A stretch of 37,970 bases of DNA, from positions 1 to 37,970 of the forward strand of contig JAGXHP010000144.1 of assembly GCA_024636135.1 (NCBI GenBank). Reading direction: 5' to 3'. Below the pieces are notes generated by a model, which saw nothing but the letters and a program-made list of their open reading frames with translations, was not told where the DNA came from and ran no database searches. A program made the translations under genes and the position numbers. Of this stretch, positions 21,347 through 32,135 are shown in pieces (the stretch's first letter is position 1; every line of letters starts with the position of its first letter). This DNA is from Chloroflexota bacterium. Its GTDB lineage: Bacteria > Chloroflexota > Limnocylindria > QHBO01.

Positions 21347-23857
21347 ATGGAAATGCAGCGGATCGGCAACGTGCGCCCGGTGGCGATCGAGGACGAGATG
21401 CGCACGTCGTACATCGACTACGCGATGAGCGTGATCGTGGCGCGCGCGTTGCCCGACGTCCGCGACGGCCTCAAGCCCGTCCATCGGCGAATCCTCTACA
21501 CCATGCACGAGATGGGGCTGCGCTCGAATGCCGCCTATCGGAAGTGCGCCGGCGTCGTCGGCGAGGCGATGGCGAAGTACCACCCGCACGGCGACCTCGC
21601 GCTGTACGAGACGCTCGTCCGCATGGCGCAGGACTTCAGCCTCCGCTACCCGCTCGTCGACGGCCAGGGCAACTTCGGCTCCGTGGACGGCGATCCTCCC
21701 GCCGCCATGCGCTACACCGAAGCCCGCATGGCATCGATCACCGACGAGATGCTGGCCGACATCGAGAAGGAAACGGTCGACTTCGTCGAGAACTACGACG
21801 GCCGTCTGCGCCAGCCCACCGTCCTGCCGTCGAGGCTCCCGAACCTCCTCGTGAACGGCTCGTCCGGCATCGCCGTCGGGATGGCCACCAACATTCCGCC
21901 GCACCACCTCAACGAGATCTGCGACGCGATCCGCGCCCTCATCGACGACCCGGAGCTGAGCGTCGACGACCTGTGCGAGATCGTGACGGGGCCCGACTTC
22001 CCGACCGGCGGGACGATCTTCCGCTTCGAGGAGCAGCGGAACTCCCTGACCGGCGAGAAGGAGCGGATCGATGCGATTCGCCACCTCTACGCGACCGGCC
22101 GGGGTCGGATCATCGTGCGCGGCCAGGTTGCGTTCGAAGAGGCCCGCGGCGGCATGGCCGTCGTGATCACCGAGTTGCCGTACCAGGTGAACAAGACCAC
22201 CCTCATCGAGAAGATGGCCGATCTCGTCGCCTCGAAGAAGATCACGGACGTTCGCGACATTCGCGACGAAAGCGACAGAGACGGCATGCGGATCGTGGTC
22301 GAGGTGAAGCGCGACGGCTCGCCGCATACCGTCATGCAGCAGCTGTTCAAGCACACGCCGCTCCAGACCAGCTTCAGCGCCAATATGCTCGCTCTCGTCG
22401 ACGGCCAGCCGCAGACGCTCGGCCTGAAGAAGATGCTCGAGCACTACATCACGCACCGGCGCGACATCGTGCGGCGCCGGACGGAGTTCGACCTGGCGCG
22501 CGCCAAGGAACGGGCCCACGTCCTCGAAGGCCTGAAGATCGCCCTCGACAACCTCGACGAGGTCATCGCCACCATTCGAGCCGCCGCCGATGTCGACACG
22601 GCGCGCGCCGCGCTCATGAAGCGCTTCGGGCTGACCGACGTCCAGGCCAACGCGATCCTCGAGATGCAGCTCCGACGCCTGGCCGCGCTGGAGCGCAAGA
22701 AGATCGAGGACGAGTACAAGGCCATCATCCAGCTCATCAGCGAGCTCGAGGATCTCCTCGCCAACCCGCGCAAGGTCCTGCTCGTCATCAAGGACGAGCT
22801 CACTGACCTCGTCAAGCGCTACGGCGATGATCGCAAGACCCGCATCCAGGCCGACGCCAACCGCGAGCTGACCGCCGAAGACCTCGTCCAGGCCGAGGAC
22901 GTCGTCGTGACCCTCAGCCAGCGTGGCTACATCAAGCGCCAGCCGATCAGCACGTTCCGCTCGCAACGCCGAGGGGGCCGCGGCAAGCTCGCGATGCTGA
23001 CGCGCGAGGAGGATGCGGTCCGCCACCTGCTGGTGGCGAACACCCACGACAACATCCTGTTCTTCACGAACCGCGGGCGCGTGTTCATCACCAAGGTCCA
23101 CACCCTGCCGGATGCCTCGCGCCAGGCGAAGGGTCTGCCGATCATCAACCTGCCGGGCGTCCAGGTCGAGCAGCGCGAGTATGTCAGCGCGATCATCAGC
23201 CTCCCGCAGTTCGAGCCGGGCAGCTACCTGGTCATGGCGACCCGCAAGGGAATGATCAAGAAGACGTCGCTCGAGGACTACGCCAAGATCCGCGCCAACG
23301 GCCTGATCGCCATCAACCTGCTCGACGGCGACGAGCTTCAGTGGGTCGGGCTGTCGGACGGGCAGAACGACATCATCGTCGCCACGAAGAAGGGACAGGC
23401 GGCTCGTTTCAAGGAGTCCGAGGTCCGTCCGCTGGGCCGCGGCACGCAGGGCGTGACCGCGATCCGTCTCAAGAAGGACGACGAGGTCGTCGGCATGGAG
23501 GTCGTCGAGCACCTCTCCGAGCAGCTGCTCGTGGTCACCGAGCAGGGCTTCGGTAAGCGCACCGACGTCTCCGACTTCCCGGTCAAGCATCGGGCCACCG
23601 GCGGCGTGATCGCCAACTCGCTGAACAAGGACACCGGCGACGTCGCTGCGATCCGCCTGGTCGGCAAGGACGACGAGGAGCTCATGCTCATCACCGAGTT
23701 CGGCACGATCCTGCGGACCGAGGTCGGCGGCATCAACCGTTATCGGCGTGCGTCGCGCGGCGTGACGGTCATGAAGCCGCAGGACGAGGACCGCATCGTG
23801 AGCATCACGGTCTTCGTCGACGACCGTCCGCCCGAGGAGCTTCCGGAAGCCGAGTAA
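21347..23857 (+). CDS. gyrA: DNA gyrase subunit A
   Basis: [29 protein letters not shown] (catalytic Tyr), GyrA-box QRRGGRG, beta-pinwheel C-terminal repeats. Confidence 0.98.
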   Translation: MEMQRIGNVRPVAIEDEMRTSYIDYAMSVIVARALPDVRDGLKPVHRRILYTMHEMGLRSNAAYRKCAGVVGEAMAKYHPHGDLALYETLVRMAQDFSLRYPLVDGQGNFGSVDGDPPAAMRYTEARMASITDEMLADIEKETVDFVENYDGRLRQPTVLPSRLPNLLVNGSSGIAVGMATNIPPHHLNEICDAIRALIDDPELSVDDLCEIVTGPDFPTGGTIFRFEEQRNSLTGEKERIDAIRHLYATGRGRIIVRGQVAFEEARGGMAVVITELPYQVNKTTLIEKMADLVASKKITDVRDIRDESDRDGMRIVVEVKRDGSPHTVMQQLFKHTPLQTSFSANMLALVDGQPQTLGLKKMLEHYITHRRDIVRRRTEFDLARAKERAHVLEGLKIALDNLDEVIATIRAAADVDTARAALMKRFGLTDVQANAILEMQLRRLAALERKKIEDEYKAIIQLISELEDLLANPRKVLLVIKDELTDLVKRYGDDRKTRIQADANRELTAEDLVQAEDVVVTLSQRGYIKRQPISTFRSQRRGGRGKLAMLTREEDAVRHLLVANTHDNILFFTNRGRVFITKVHTLPDASRQAKGLPIINLPGVQVEQREYVSAIISLPQFEPGSYLVMATRKGMIKKTSLEDYAKIRANGLIAINLLDGDELQWVGLSDGQNDIIVATKKGQAARFKESEVRPLGRGTQGVTAIRLKKDDEVVGMEVVEHLSEQLLVVTEQGFGKRTDVSDFPVKHRATGGVIANSLNKDTGDVAAIRLVGKDDEELMLITEFGTILRTEVGGINRYRRASRGVTVMKPQDEDRIVSITVFVDDRPPEELPEAE

Positions 23858-23990
23858 GTGAGTGGGACGGACCGGGCCGAGGCCCCCATCCCCGGACAGG
23901 CCGGGCGGGCGACGCGGCCGTCGCGATGGAACCGCGGCTGCGTCCGGTAGAATCGGCGGTGCCTGACCCAGCGCCGCAGGAGACGACGCC

Positions 23991-25025
23991 GTGTACGCCG
24001 ACGAGTTCAGTATCTACGCCGGCAACGCCAATCGGCCGCTGGCCGAGCGCATCACGCGCTACCTCAAGACCCAGCTCGGCGAGGTCGAGGTGTTCCAATT
24101 CGCGAACGAGAACATCTTCGTCCGCGTCATGGAGAACGTCCGTGAGCAGGACGTCTTCCTGGTGCAGCCCACCAGCCGACCGGTCAACCAATCGATCATG
24201 GAGCTCCTGATCATGATCGACGCCTTCAAGCGCGCGTCCGCCGGCCGCATCACGGCGGTCATCCCGCACTACAGCTACGGACGGTCGGACAAGAAGGATC
24301 AGCCCCGCGTGCCGATCACGGCGCGCCTGATCGCCGACATGCTGACCGTGGCCGGAGCCGATCGCGTCCTGACCATGGACCTGCACCAGGGCCAGATCCA
24401 GGGCTTCTTCAGCATTCCCGTCGACGAGCTGACGGCCGTCAACCTGATCTGCGCGCACATCAAGGCCAAGCAGCTCGACGACATCGTGGTCGTCTCCGAG
24501 CTCGGCTTCGCCAAGAAGGCGCGCAACTTCGCCGAGCTCCTCTCCGCACCCCTGGCCATCGTCGAAAAGCGGCGCCTCGGTAACGAGGATCGCACCGAGG
24601 TGATGAACATCATCGGCGAGGTCGGCGGCAAGACGGCGGTGATCATCGACGACGAGGTCGACACTGCCGGCTCCCTGATGGAGGCGGTCGGCGCCCTCCA
24701 GGCTGCCGGCGCACGAGCGATCTACAGCTGCGCGACGCACGCCGTCTTCTCCGGATCGGCCCTCGAGCGCATCGCCGCCAGCGCGCTGACCGAGGTGATC
24801 GTGACCGACACCATCCCATTGCCGCCCGAGGCGGATGATCCCCGCATCACGGTCCTCAGCGTCGCCCCGCTGTTCGGGGAGGCCATCCGGCGCATCCACC
24901 GCGGCGAGAGCGTCGGCGCGCTCTTCAGCTCGGAGGTCCAGCTCGTCGAGGAGATGACGTTCTGGGACGAGGACGCCGACGACGAGCCACTGGCGGAACC
25001 CTTTCGCGTGAGCGCCGGCACCTGA
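23991..25025 (+). CDS. prs: Ribose-phosphate pyrophosphokinase
   Basis: ENVREQDVF, ELLIMIDAFKRASA, YGRSDKK, MDLHQGQIQGFF, DDEVDTAGS, ATHAVFSG; AGGAG SD and GTG start. Confidence 0.95.
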   Translation: MYADEFSIYAGNANRPLAERITRYLKTQLGEVEVFQFANENIFVRVMENVREQDVFLVQPTSRPVNQSIMELLIMIDAFKRASAGRITAVIPHYSYGRSDKKDQPRVPITARLIADMLTVAGADRVLTMDLHQGQIQGFFSIPVDELTAVNLICAHIKAKQLDDIVVVSELGFAKKARNFAELLSAPLAIVEKRRLGNEDRTEVMNIIGEVGGKTAVIIDDEVDTAGSLMEAVGALQAAGARAIYSCATHAVFSGSALERIAASALTEVIVTDTIPLPPEADDPRITVLSVAPLFGEAIRRIHRGESVGALFSSEVQLVEEMTFWDEDADDEPLAEPFRVSAGT

Positions 25026-25097
25026 GCGCTCGGTCCGGCCCTAGACTGGGACGGTGAAACACTTCCCCACGGGCTTCCGGCGCCCCGAGTCGGCACG

Positions 25098-26048
25098 GTG
25101 AGCGACGTCCGTCTCGGCGTGCTGCTCTGGAGCCAGGCAACGACCTGGGACGACTTCGAGCGGGCCGCGATCAGCGTGGATCGGCTCGGCTACGACTCGC
25201 TGTGGACCTGGGACCACCTCCACGCGATCTTCGGCGACCCGCATCAGCCGATCTTCGAGGGCTACACCACCCTTGCGGCCTGGGCCAAGGTCACGGAGCG
25301 GGTCGGGCTGGGCCTGCTGGTCGGGGCCAACACCTTCCGCAACCCGGGCCTCGTCGCGAAGTCGGTCACCACCATCGACCACCTGAGCGGAGGGCGGGCG
25401 GTGCTCGGCATCGGCGGCGCCTGGTTCGAGCTCGAGCATCGGGAGCATGGCATCGAGTTCGGCACCAGTCCCGGACGTCGGCTGACGTGGCTCGATGAGT
25501 CGGTCGGGGCCATGCGATCGATGCTGGACGGCGTCGCGGTCAGCTCGCCGCCCGACGGCGTCTATCAATTCGACGAGCTGCGCCAGTACCCCGCGCCCCT
25601 GCAGGAGCACCTGCCGATCATGATCGGCGGTTCCGGCGAGAAGAAGACGCTGCGCACCGTGGCGAAGTACGCCGACATGTGGAACGCCATGGGGAGCATC
25701 GAGAAGCTGCAACGCAAGGACGCGGTGCTGCGGGAGCACTGCGAGGCCGTCGGGCGCGACTCCACCGAGATCCTGCGGACCGTGGGCTGCAAGCCGATCA
25801 TCCGCGACACCGAGGCCGAGGCCCGGCGGGTCTGGGAAGCCCAGATGGCGCACAACCGCACGCCGATGGCCGACGTGATCGACGACAACACGTTCTGGGT
25901 CGGGACCCCGGACCAGATCGCCGAGACGATGATCGCCTGCCGCGACATCGGCTTCGAGACGTTCCTGGCGGAGCTGGCGGCTCCCTATGACGCCGAGACG
26001 CTTGAACGCTGGATCGGTGAGGTCAAGCCGATGGTCGACGCGGCCTGA
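25098..26048 (+). CDS. LLM-class (probably F420-dependent) oxidoreductase
   Basis: GYDSLWTWDHL, FRNPGLVAK..TIDHLSGGRAVLGIGGAW, IMIGGSGEKKTLRTVAKYADMWN, GTPDQI. Confidence 0.88.
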   Translation: MSDVRLGVLLWSQATTWDDFERAAISVDRLGYDSLWTWDHLHAIFGDPHQPIFEGYTTLAAWAKVTERVGLGLLVGANTFRNPGLVAKSVTTIDHLSGGRAVLGIGGAWFELEHREHGIEFGTSPGRRLTWLDESVGAMRSMLDGVAVSSPPDGVYQFDELRQYPAPLQEHLPIMIGGSGEKKTLRTVAKYADMWNAMGSIEKLQRKDAVLREHCEAVGRDSTEILRTVGCKPIIRDTEAEARRVWEAQMAHNRTPMADVIDDNTFWVGTPDQIAETMIACRDIGFETFLAELAAPYDAETLERWIGEVKPMVDAA

Positions 26049-26899
26049 GCAGGACCGCCCGCAGGTCGAATCTCGCGTCGCCACCTGGCGTTCCACCACG
26101 CGGGGAGGAGCCCCGCCTGGCGCACCGTGTCGAGCATGCGGCGGATGTCGTCGTACGCCGTCGACGGCAGTCCGACGAAGCCCTCGATGCCGGCCGCGTC
26201 GAAGACCGCCTTCGCCGTCTCGTCCGATCGAAGCGCGCAGAGGCCGGCCGTCAGCGTTGAGCGCTGGCGTGCGGTGAGTCGCTGGGATGACGCCACGACC
26301 GGCTGAATGGTGGACGGGCCGAGTGCCGCGACGATCCGGATCCTGCGACGAAGCGACCGGTCGGAGCGCATCCACACGCCGAGCACCTGGGAGTCGATGG
26401 CCGCCCAATCGGCGCGGCCGTCGAGGACCATGCGCAGCGCCTCGTCGTGGAACCCCGCCTCGATCCACTCGCCCAGAAAGTCGGGGCCGAGTCGTGATGC
26501 GGCGAGATGATGCAGCACGACCATGAAGCCCGAATGGCTGAACGGCTCGTTGTAGGCCCAGCGCAGTCCGCGCAGATCGGCGAAGTCCGAGGCTGGCGCG
26601 TCGGCACGAACGACGACGTCCGAAAAGTAGACGGGCCGGCCGCCGTACCGTCGGCCCCGCAGGATGGGCGCGGCCAGGACCTCCATGCGAATGGCCCCCG
26701 CATCTTCGAGGAGGAGGTACGGGATGCTGCACACGAAGCACACATCATCCACGTCCTGGGCGCAGCGCCGGTAGTTGGCCGCGACCACGAGCTCGGCCGG
26801 GCGTCGGAGCCAATCGCCCATCCGACGGGCGGCAAGGGCGTAGGCAGGGAGCACCCCGGGCGCGAGATGCGTCGCGACGTGCAGCGGCGCGGCGCTCAC
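25985..26899 (-). CDS. PhnD/SsuA-like solute-binding-fold protein without a signal peptide
   Basis: [58 protein letters not shown]; no hydrophobic N-terminus or lipobox. Confidence 0.75.
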   Translation of the reverse strand: MSAAPLHVATHLAPGVLPAYALAARRMGDWLRRPAELVVAANYRRCAQDVDDVCFVCSIPYLLLEDAGAIRMEVLAAPILRGRRYGGRPVYFSDVVVRADAPASDFADLRGLRWAYNEPFSHSGFMVVLHHLAASRLGPDFLGEWIEAGFHDEALRMVLDGRADWAAIDSQVLGVWMRSDRSLRRRIRIVAALGPSTIQPVVASSQRLTARQRSTLTAGLCALRSDETAKAVFDAAGIEGFVGLPSTAYDDIRRMLDTVRQAGLLPAWWNARWRREIRPAGGPAQAASTIGLTSPIQRSSVSAS

Positions 26900-26940
26900 G
26901 CGGCGCTCGCCATCGGCATCAACTCGTTCGACGTGTCCAT
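26896..26940 (-). CDS. Putative 14-aa upstream peptide [14 protein letters not shown]
   Basis: GGAGG SD upstream of the ATG; its TGA overlaps the GTG start of the PhnD-like gene (GTGA). Confidence 0.5.
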   Translation of the reverse strand: MDTSNELMPMASAA

Positions 26941-27042
26941 GGGCGGACCCTCCAGCCTCGAATCATGTCGCTCGCCCGCTCGGCGGTCAAGGTGTGGCGC
27001 CGCAAGGAGCGGGCGGCGCATCGGGCTATACTCGGCCTCCCG

Positions 27043-29916
27043 ATGTTCAAGTTCCTGTCCCGCCTGGGGGACTCCAACGACCGCGAGGTCCGCGGACTCG
27101 AGCCGCTCGTCGAGCGCATCAATGCGCTCGAGCCGGAGATCCAGGCCCTATCCGATGCCGAGCTCGCCGGGCAGACCGATGCGCTCCGCGGCCGGTTGCG
27201 CGAATCGATCGGCGAGATCATGGTCCCGATCGAGGCCCGCGAGAGCGATCCCGACGCGGACGCGGCCGAGTCAGCGCTGGCCGGCGCCGATGCGGCTCGG
27301 CTGGCGGACCAACTGAAGCGACAGCGCGAAGCGGAGCTTGCACGGATCAACGCCGCGCTCGAGGAGATCCTGCCGGAGGCCTTCGCGTCGGTCCGCGAGG
27401 CGATGGTCCGGGCACTCGGCAAGCGGCATTACGACGTCCAGCTCATGGGCGGCATCGTGCTCCACCGCGGCGCGATCGCGGAGCAGCGCACGGGCGAGGG
27501 CAAGACCTTCGTGGCACCCCTGGCGGCATTCCTCAATGCGCTCGTTGGTCGGGGCGTGCACGTCGTCACGACGAACGACTACCTCGCCAAGCGCGACGCG
27601 CAGTGGATCGGCGCCGTATTCCATCGGCTCGGGATGAGCGCCGGAAGCGTCCAGCATGCCGGCGCCTTCGTCTACGACCCGGACTTCCCCGCGACCGACG
27701 AGCGACTGCGCGACCTGCGGCCCGTATCGCGCCAGGAGGCATACGCGGCTGACGTCACCTACGGGACGAACAACGAGTTCGGATTCGACTTCCTGCGCGA
27801 CAACCTGGTCATCGAGCTTCCCGCGCGGGGGCAGCGCGGCCACTACTTCGCGATCGTGGACGAGGTCGACAACATCCTCATCGACGAGGCTCGGACGCCG
27901 CTCATCATCAGCGGCAATGCCGAGGAGTCGGCCGACAAGTACCTCCAGTTCGCCCAGCTCGTCCCTCGGCTGACGGCCGAGGAGGACTACGTCGTCGACG
28001 AGAAGTTCAAGCAGGTGGCGATCAGCGAGGCCGGCACGGACAAGATGGAGAAGTGGCTGGGCGTCGACAACATGTTCGCCGACGACTTCAGCCTGGCCCG
28101 GCACCTCGAGCAGGCGCTCAAGGCCCAGGTCCTGTATCAGAAGGACCGCGACTACGTCGTCAAGGACGGCGAGGTCGTCATCGTCGACGAGTTCACCGGC
28201 CGGCTCATGCCGGGGCGCCGCTGGTCGGAGGGGCTGCACCAGGCAGTCGAGGCCAAGGAGGGCGTCGCGGTCCGCAACGAGCAGCGCACCCTCGCCACAG
28301 TCACGTTCCAGAACTACTTCCGGATGTACGACAAGCTCGCCGGCATGACCGGCACCGCCGAGACAGAGGCGGAGGAGTTCGCGAAGATCTACGGGCTCGA
28401 GGTCGTCGTCATCCCGACGCACCGCGAGATGATCCGCGCCGACTACGCCGACCTCATCTACGCCACCCAGAAGGGGAAGTGGAACGCGGTCGTCGACGAG
28501 ATCGCGGAGGAGCACGAGAAGGGACGACCCGTCCTGGTGGGCACGATCAGCGTCGAGATCAGCGAGATGCTCGGCGACATGCTGAAGCGCCGCGGCATCA
28601 AGCACAACGTCCTCAACGCGAAGCTCCACGAGAAGGAGGCCGAGGTCATCGCGCAGGCCGGCCGATCCGGCGCGGTCACGATCGCGACGAACATGGCGGG
28701 CCGCGGCACGGACATCCTGTTGGGCGGCAACCCGGAGGTGCTCGCCACCGAGATGCTCCACAAGCAGGGCACGAACGTCCTCGAGGCGACGCCGGAGCAG
28801 TACGCGGCGGCGCTTGCCCAGGCCGAGGCGCAGTGCGCGGCGGACAAGGAGCGAGTCATCGAGGCCGGCGGCCTGCACATCGTGGGGACCGAGCGCCACG
28901 ACGCGCGCCGCATCGACAACCAGCTCCGCGGCCGTGCCGGTCGCCAGGGTGATCCCGGCAGCTCCCGGTTCTACCTGTCGCTCGAGGACGACCTCATGCG
29001 TCGCTTCGCCAGCGACCGCGTCCAGAGCATCATGCGCACCCTCGGCTTCACCGATGACACCGCGCTCGAGTCGAAGATGGTGAGCAAGACCATCGAGAAC
29101 GCCCAGACCCGGGTCGAGGGCTACAACTTCGACACGCGCAAGCACGTGGTCGAGTACGACGACGTCATCAACCGCCAGCGCGAGACGATCTACCGCGAGC
29201 GCGATCGCATCCTGCGATCCTCAAACCTTGGGCCGACCGTCGAGGCCATGCTCGACGAGGAGCTGGCCGCGCTGGTGGCCGAGCACACCGCAGCCGAGTA
29301 CGCCTCGGAGTGGAATCGCGACGGGCTGAAGACGCAGCTGGTCACGATGGCGCCGACACTGACCGATGCGGACCTGCGGGTCATCGACGAAGCGGCCGAC
29401 CCGGCGATCCTGGTCGAGACGCTGACCGAGACGATTCGGGAACGCTACGAGGCAAAGCGCCGCGAGGTCGGGGACGACGGGATCGGCGTGCTCGAGCGGC
29501 TCGTGCTGCTGCGCGTCATCGACTCGCTGTGGGTCGAGCACCTGACCGCGGTCGATGACATGCGGCGCGGCATCGGCCTGCGAGCCTACAGCCAGCGCGA
29601 CCCGTTGAACGAGTTCAAGATCGAGGCCTACCGAATGTTCGACGAGCTGAAGTCGACCATCCGCCACGACGTCACCCACACGATCTTCCGCGTCACCGTC
29701 CATGCCCATGCGCCTCAGCCGCGCCCCATGGCGCGCAACGTGGTCGAGGGCCGGGCCGCTGTCGCCGCGACCGCGTCGGCGGGAGGCGCGGCCACCGCGG
29801 TTGCGACGGCCGACAACGGGGCAGCCGCGCCCGCCCGCTCCGGGCCGAAGCTCGGCCGCAACGAGCCGTGCTACTGCGGCTCCGGCAAGAAGTTCAAAAA
29901 GTGCCACGGGGCGTGA
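27043..29916 (+). CDS. secA: Preprotein translocase ATPase SecA
   Basis: [59 protein letters not shown], terminal [19 protein letters not shown]; ATG 27043 after TATACT. Confidence 0.98.
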   Translation: MFKFLSRLGDSNDREVRGLEPLVERINALEPEIQALSDAELAGQTDALRGRLRESIGEIMVPIEARESDPDADAAESALAGADAARLADQLKRQREAELARINAALEEILPEAFASVREAMVRALGKRHYDVQLMGGIVLHRGAIAEQRTGEGKTFVAPLAAFLNALVGRGVHVVTTNDYLAKRDAQWIGAVFHRLGMSAGSVQHAGAFVYDPDFPATDERLRDLRPVSRQEAYAADVTYGTNNEFGFDFLRDNLVIELPARGQRGHYFAIVDEVDNILIDEARTPLIISGNAEESADKYLQFAQLVPRLTAEEDYVVDEKFKQVAISEAGTDKMEKWLGVDNMFADDFSLARHLEQALKAQVLYQKDRDYVVKDGEVVIVDEFTGRLMPGRRWSEGLHQAVEAKEGVAVRNEQRTLATVTFQNYFRMYDKLAGMTGTAETEAEEFAKIYGLEVVVIPTHREMIRADYADLIYATQKGKWNAVVDEIAEEHEKGRPVLVGTISVEISEMLGDMLKRRGIKHNVLNAKLHEKEAEVIAQAGRSGAVTIATNMAGRGTDILLGGNPEVLATEMLHKQGTNVLEATPEQYAAALAQAEAQCAADKERVIEAGGLHIVGTERHDARRIDNQLRGRAGRQGDPGSSRFYLSLEDDLMRRFASDRVQSIMRTLGFTDDTALESKMVSKTIENAQTRVEGYNFDTRKHVVEYDDVINRQRETIYRERDRILRSSNLGPTVEAMLDEELAALVAEHTAAEYASEWNRDGLKTQLVTMAPTLTDADLRVIDEAADPAILVETLTETIRERYEAKRREVGDDGIGVLERLVLLRVIDSLWVEHLTAVDDMRRGIGLRAYSQRDPLNEFKIEAYRMFDELKSTIRHDVTHTIFRVTVHAHAPQPRPMARNVVEGRAAVAATASAGGAATAVATADNGAAAPARSGPKLGRNEPCYCGSGKKFKKCHGA

Positions 29917-30419
29917 GCGAAGCAGCGATCCAGCCCGTCGAACAGACGCTCGACCTCGGCGTTGAGGCCGGTGACGCCTTCGCGGTGTTCACCGACGGGC
30001 TCCGCACCTGGTGGCCGTCCGAGGCGACCTGGTCAGGGGCCGGTCTGGAGTCGATCGGCATCGAGCCGTTCGTTGGGGGCTTCTGCTTCGAACGGGGCCC
30101 GCACGGCCTGCGGCTCGATTGGGGCCGGGTCACCGGTTGGGAGCCACCGCGCCGGCTCCACTTCGCCTGGCTCATCGGCGCGGATCGGACGCCCGAGCCG
30201 AATCCTGCGCATGCCAGCGATGTCGAGGTGACGTTCGAGCCGATAGCGCGCGGGTCGCGGCTGACGCTCGTGCATCGCGGGTTCGAACGGCACCGCGGCG
30301 ACGGGCGGGCATACCGCGCGGCCATGGCCGGGGAGGAGGGCTGGCCGATGCTGCTCGCACGCTACCGCGCCGTGGTCGTGCGTCGCACCGAGGCTCCGTG
30401 GGAGGGCCTGACGACCTAG
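29913..30419 (+). CDS. SRPBCC/AHSA1-like protein
   Basis: [56 protein letters not shown]; GTGA overlap with secA. Confidence 0.85.
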   Translation: MSEAAIQPVEQTLDLGVEAGDAFAVFTDGLRTWWPSEATWSGAGLESIGIEPFVGGFCFERGPHGLRLDWGRVTGWEPPRRLHFAWLIGADRTPEPNPAHASDVEVTFEPIARGSRLTLVHRGFERHRGDGRAYRAAMAGEEGWPMLLARYRAVVVRRTEAPWEGLTT

Positions 30420-30425
30420 GCGGCG

Positions 30426-30563
30426 TCAGCCATCGTCGGGACTCTCCCCGCCGGATTCGTCGCTTCCGTAGCGCTTGCGGCGGCGTTGCCAGAGGCGCAG
30501 CGGGAACAGTAGGACGGTCGCGATGGCGATGATCCCCACGATGAACAGGAACGGGTCGGGCAT
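30426..30563 (-). CDS. 45-aa single-pass membrane protein (not in the ORF track)
   Basis: MPDPFLFIVGIIAIATVLLFPLRLWQRRRKRYGSDESGGESPDDG: hydrophobic helix, basic patch, acidic tail; CATGAT -10 six nt upstream. Confidence 0.65.
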   Translation of the reverse strand: MPDPFLFIVGIIAIATVLLFPLRLWQRRRKRYGSDESGGESPDDG

Positions 30564-30602
30564 GGCCCCATCATGGCCGATGGATGGGAAGATCGTGCGG
30601 GG

Positions 30603-30630
30603 TTGCGATATCTGAGCGAGTCGCTACGAT
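30603..30630 (+). promoter_or_regulatory. Putative promoter for the Cys-rich gene and prfB
   Basis: TTGCGA, 16 nt, TACGAT; followed by a 10-bp 5' UTR stem (30643-30676). Confidence 0.55.
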
Positions 30631-30695
30631 GAGCGCAACGATCGTCGCGAGGTCAACTCCGGGCCCCCTCGCGATGCCCATAGGTGGAGGGATTC

Positions 30696-30995
30696 GTGAA
30701 GCAACTGACCGCACCACCGAGAGCCTCTGTTCCGCTCCCCGTCAGCACGGCGGCTCACCTTCCACCGGTCACTCGCTTCCGAGATCCAGAGCTCCCCTAC
30801 GAAGACCTCATCATGTGTGAGCGCGACTGCATGCGCTGCACATACGCCGCGACGCTGAACTGCGACGGCAACTGTGGGGTGTGCCCCCGCCAGAGCTATT
30901 GCCCGTGCGTGAACCCGGCCAAGGTGCGGGCCAAGGGCAACCGGCTGGCCGACATGGCCGAGCTCCCGATGGCGGTGTCGATTGGACACAATTAG
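30696..30995 (+). CDS. 99-aa Cys-rich protein with two CxxxCxxC motifs and CPC
   Basis: GGTGGAGG SD and GTG; CERDCMRC...CDGNCGVC...CPC; GC-rich third codon positions. Confidence 0.8.
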   Translation: MKQLTAPPRASVPLPVSTAAHLPPVTRFRDPELPYEDLIMCERDCMRCTYAATLNCDGNCGVCPRQSYCPCVNPAKVRAKGNRLADMAELPMAVSIGHN

Positions 30996-32110
30996 GGACG
31001 AGGCCCAGCGCCTGGCGCGCCTCGTGACCGAGACGTCGGTGCGCCTTTGACCACTCCAGCAAAGAGGCCGAGCTCGCCGAGCTGACCGAGCGCTCCGCCG
31101 ATCCCGACCTGTGGGATGACCCCGCCGCGGCGCAGTCGACCATGCGTCGCGCCGAGGAGCTGCGGTCGGAGATCGACCTGTGGCAGTCGCTCGGCGAGCG
31201 TGCCAACGGCCTGGCCGAGATCGCAGAGATGGCGGCGGCCGATCCCGACGAGGCGGAGACCCTGCGGCCCGACCTCGAGCGGGATCTCGCCGCGCTCCAG
31301 GCCGACTGGGCGCGACTCGAGCAGCAGCTCCTCCTGGGCGAGCCGTTCGACGAGCGGGGGGCGATTGTCTCGATCCACGCCGGCGCCGGGGGAACCGAGT
31401 CCCAGGACTGGGCCGAGATGCTCCTGCGCATGTACCTGCGCTGGGCGGAGCGTCACCGCTTCAAGACCGAGATCCTGGAGGCGACCGAGGGCGAGGGCGC
31501 GGGGCTCAAGAGCGTCAGCTTCACCGTCGACGGGCGCTGGGTCTACGGTCAGCTGCGCAGTGAGCGAGGCGTCCATCGGCTCGTGCGGATCAGTCCGTTC
31601 GACTCCCAGAAGCGCCGCCACACGACCTTTGCGCTGGTCGAGATCATGCCGGAGGTCCCCGAGGACGCGGCGGTCGAGATCGACGAGAAGGATCTCCGGG
31701 TCGACACCTACCGCGCCAGCGGGGCCGGTGGCCAGCACGTCAACAAGACCGACTCGGCGGTACGCCTGACGCATGAGCCGACCGGGATCGTCGTCGCCGT
31801 GCAGAGCGAGCGGAGCCAGCATCAGAACCGCGAGCGCGCCATGGCCGTCCTCCGCGCCCGACTCATCGAGCGGCAGGAGGAGGAGCGCGAGGCGGAGATG
31901 GCACGCCTGCGCGGCGAGCACGTCGAGGCTGGCTGGGGCAACCAGATTCGGAGCTACGTCCTCCAGCCGTACACGATGGTGAAGGACCTGCGAACCGGGG
32001 TCGAGACCTCGAATCCGACCGCGGTGCTCGACGGTGAGCTTGATGCCTTCATCGACGGCTACCTTCGCTCCCGCGTCGGCCAGGCCGAGGGCTCGACGCC
32101 GGCCGGATGA
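30982..32110 (+). CDS. prfB: Peptide chain release factor 2, programmed +1 frameshift at CTT-TGA-C (31045-31051)
   Basis: Segment from TTG 30982 (MDTIRDEAQRLARLVTETSVRL) ends CTT TGA C; the +1 frame continues DHSSKEAEL...LWDDP...GAGGTESQDW...LVRISPFD (SPF)...GGQHVN. Confidence 0.95.
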
Positions 32111-32135
32111 ACTCGGCTACCATCGCGCCAAGCCG

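Noticed and set aside
26896-26898. uORF TGA as selenocysteine or readthrough
   Set aside because: The continuing frame is a Pro/Arg/Ser-rich shadow of the PhnD-like gene with no protein-like features.
30696-30995. Radical SAM enzyme or classical ferredoxin
   Set aside because: Too short for the radical SAM barrel, and the Cys spacing is not CxxCxxCxxxC; kept as an unknown Cys-rich protein.
31045-31051. prfB as a pseudogene or sequencing frameshift
   Set aside because: The break is the canonical CTT-TGA-C programmed site at the expected position.
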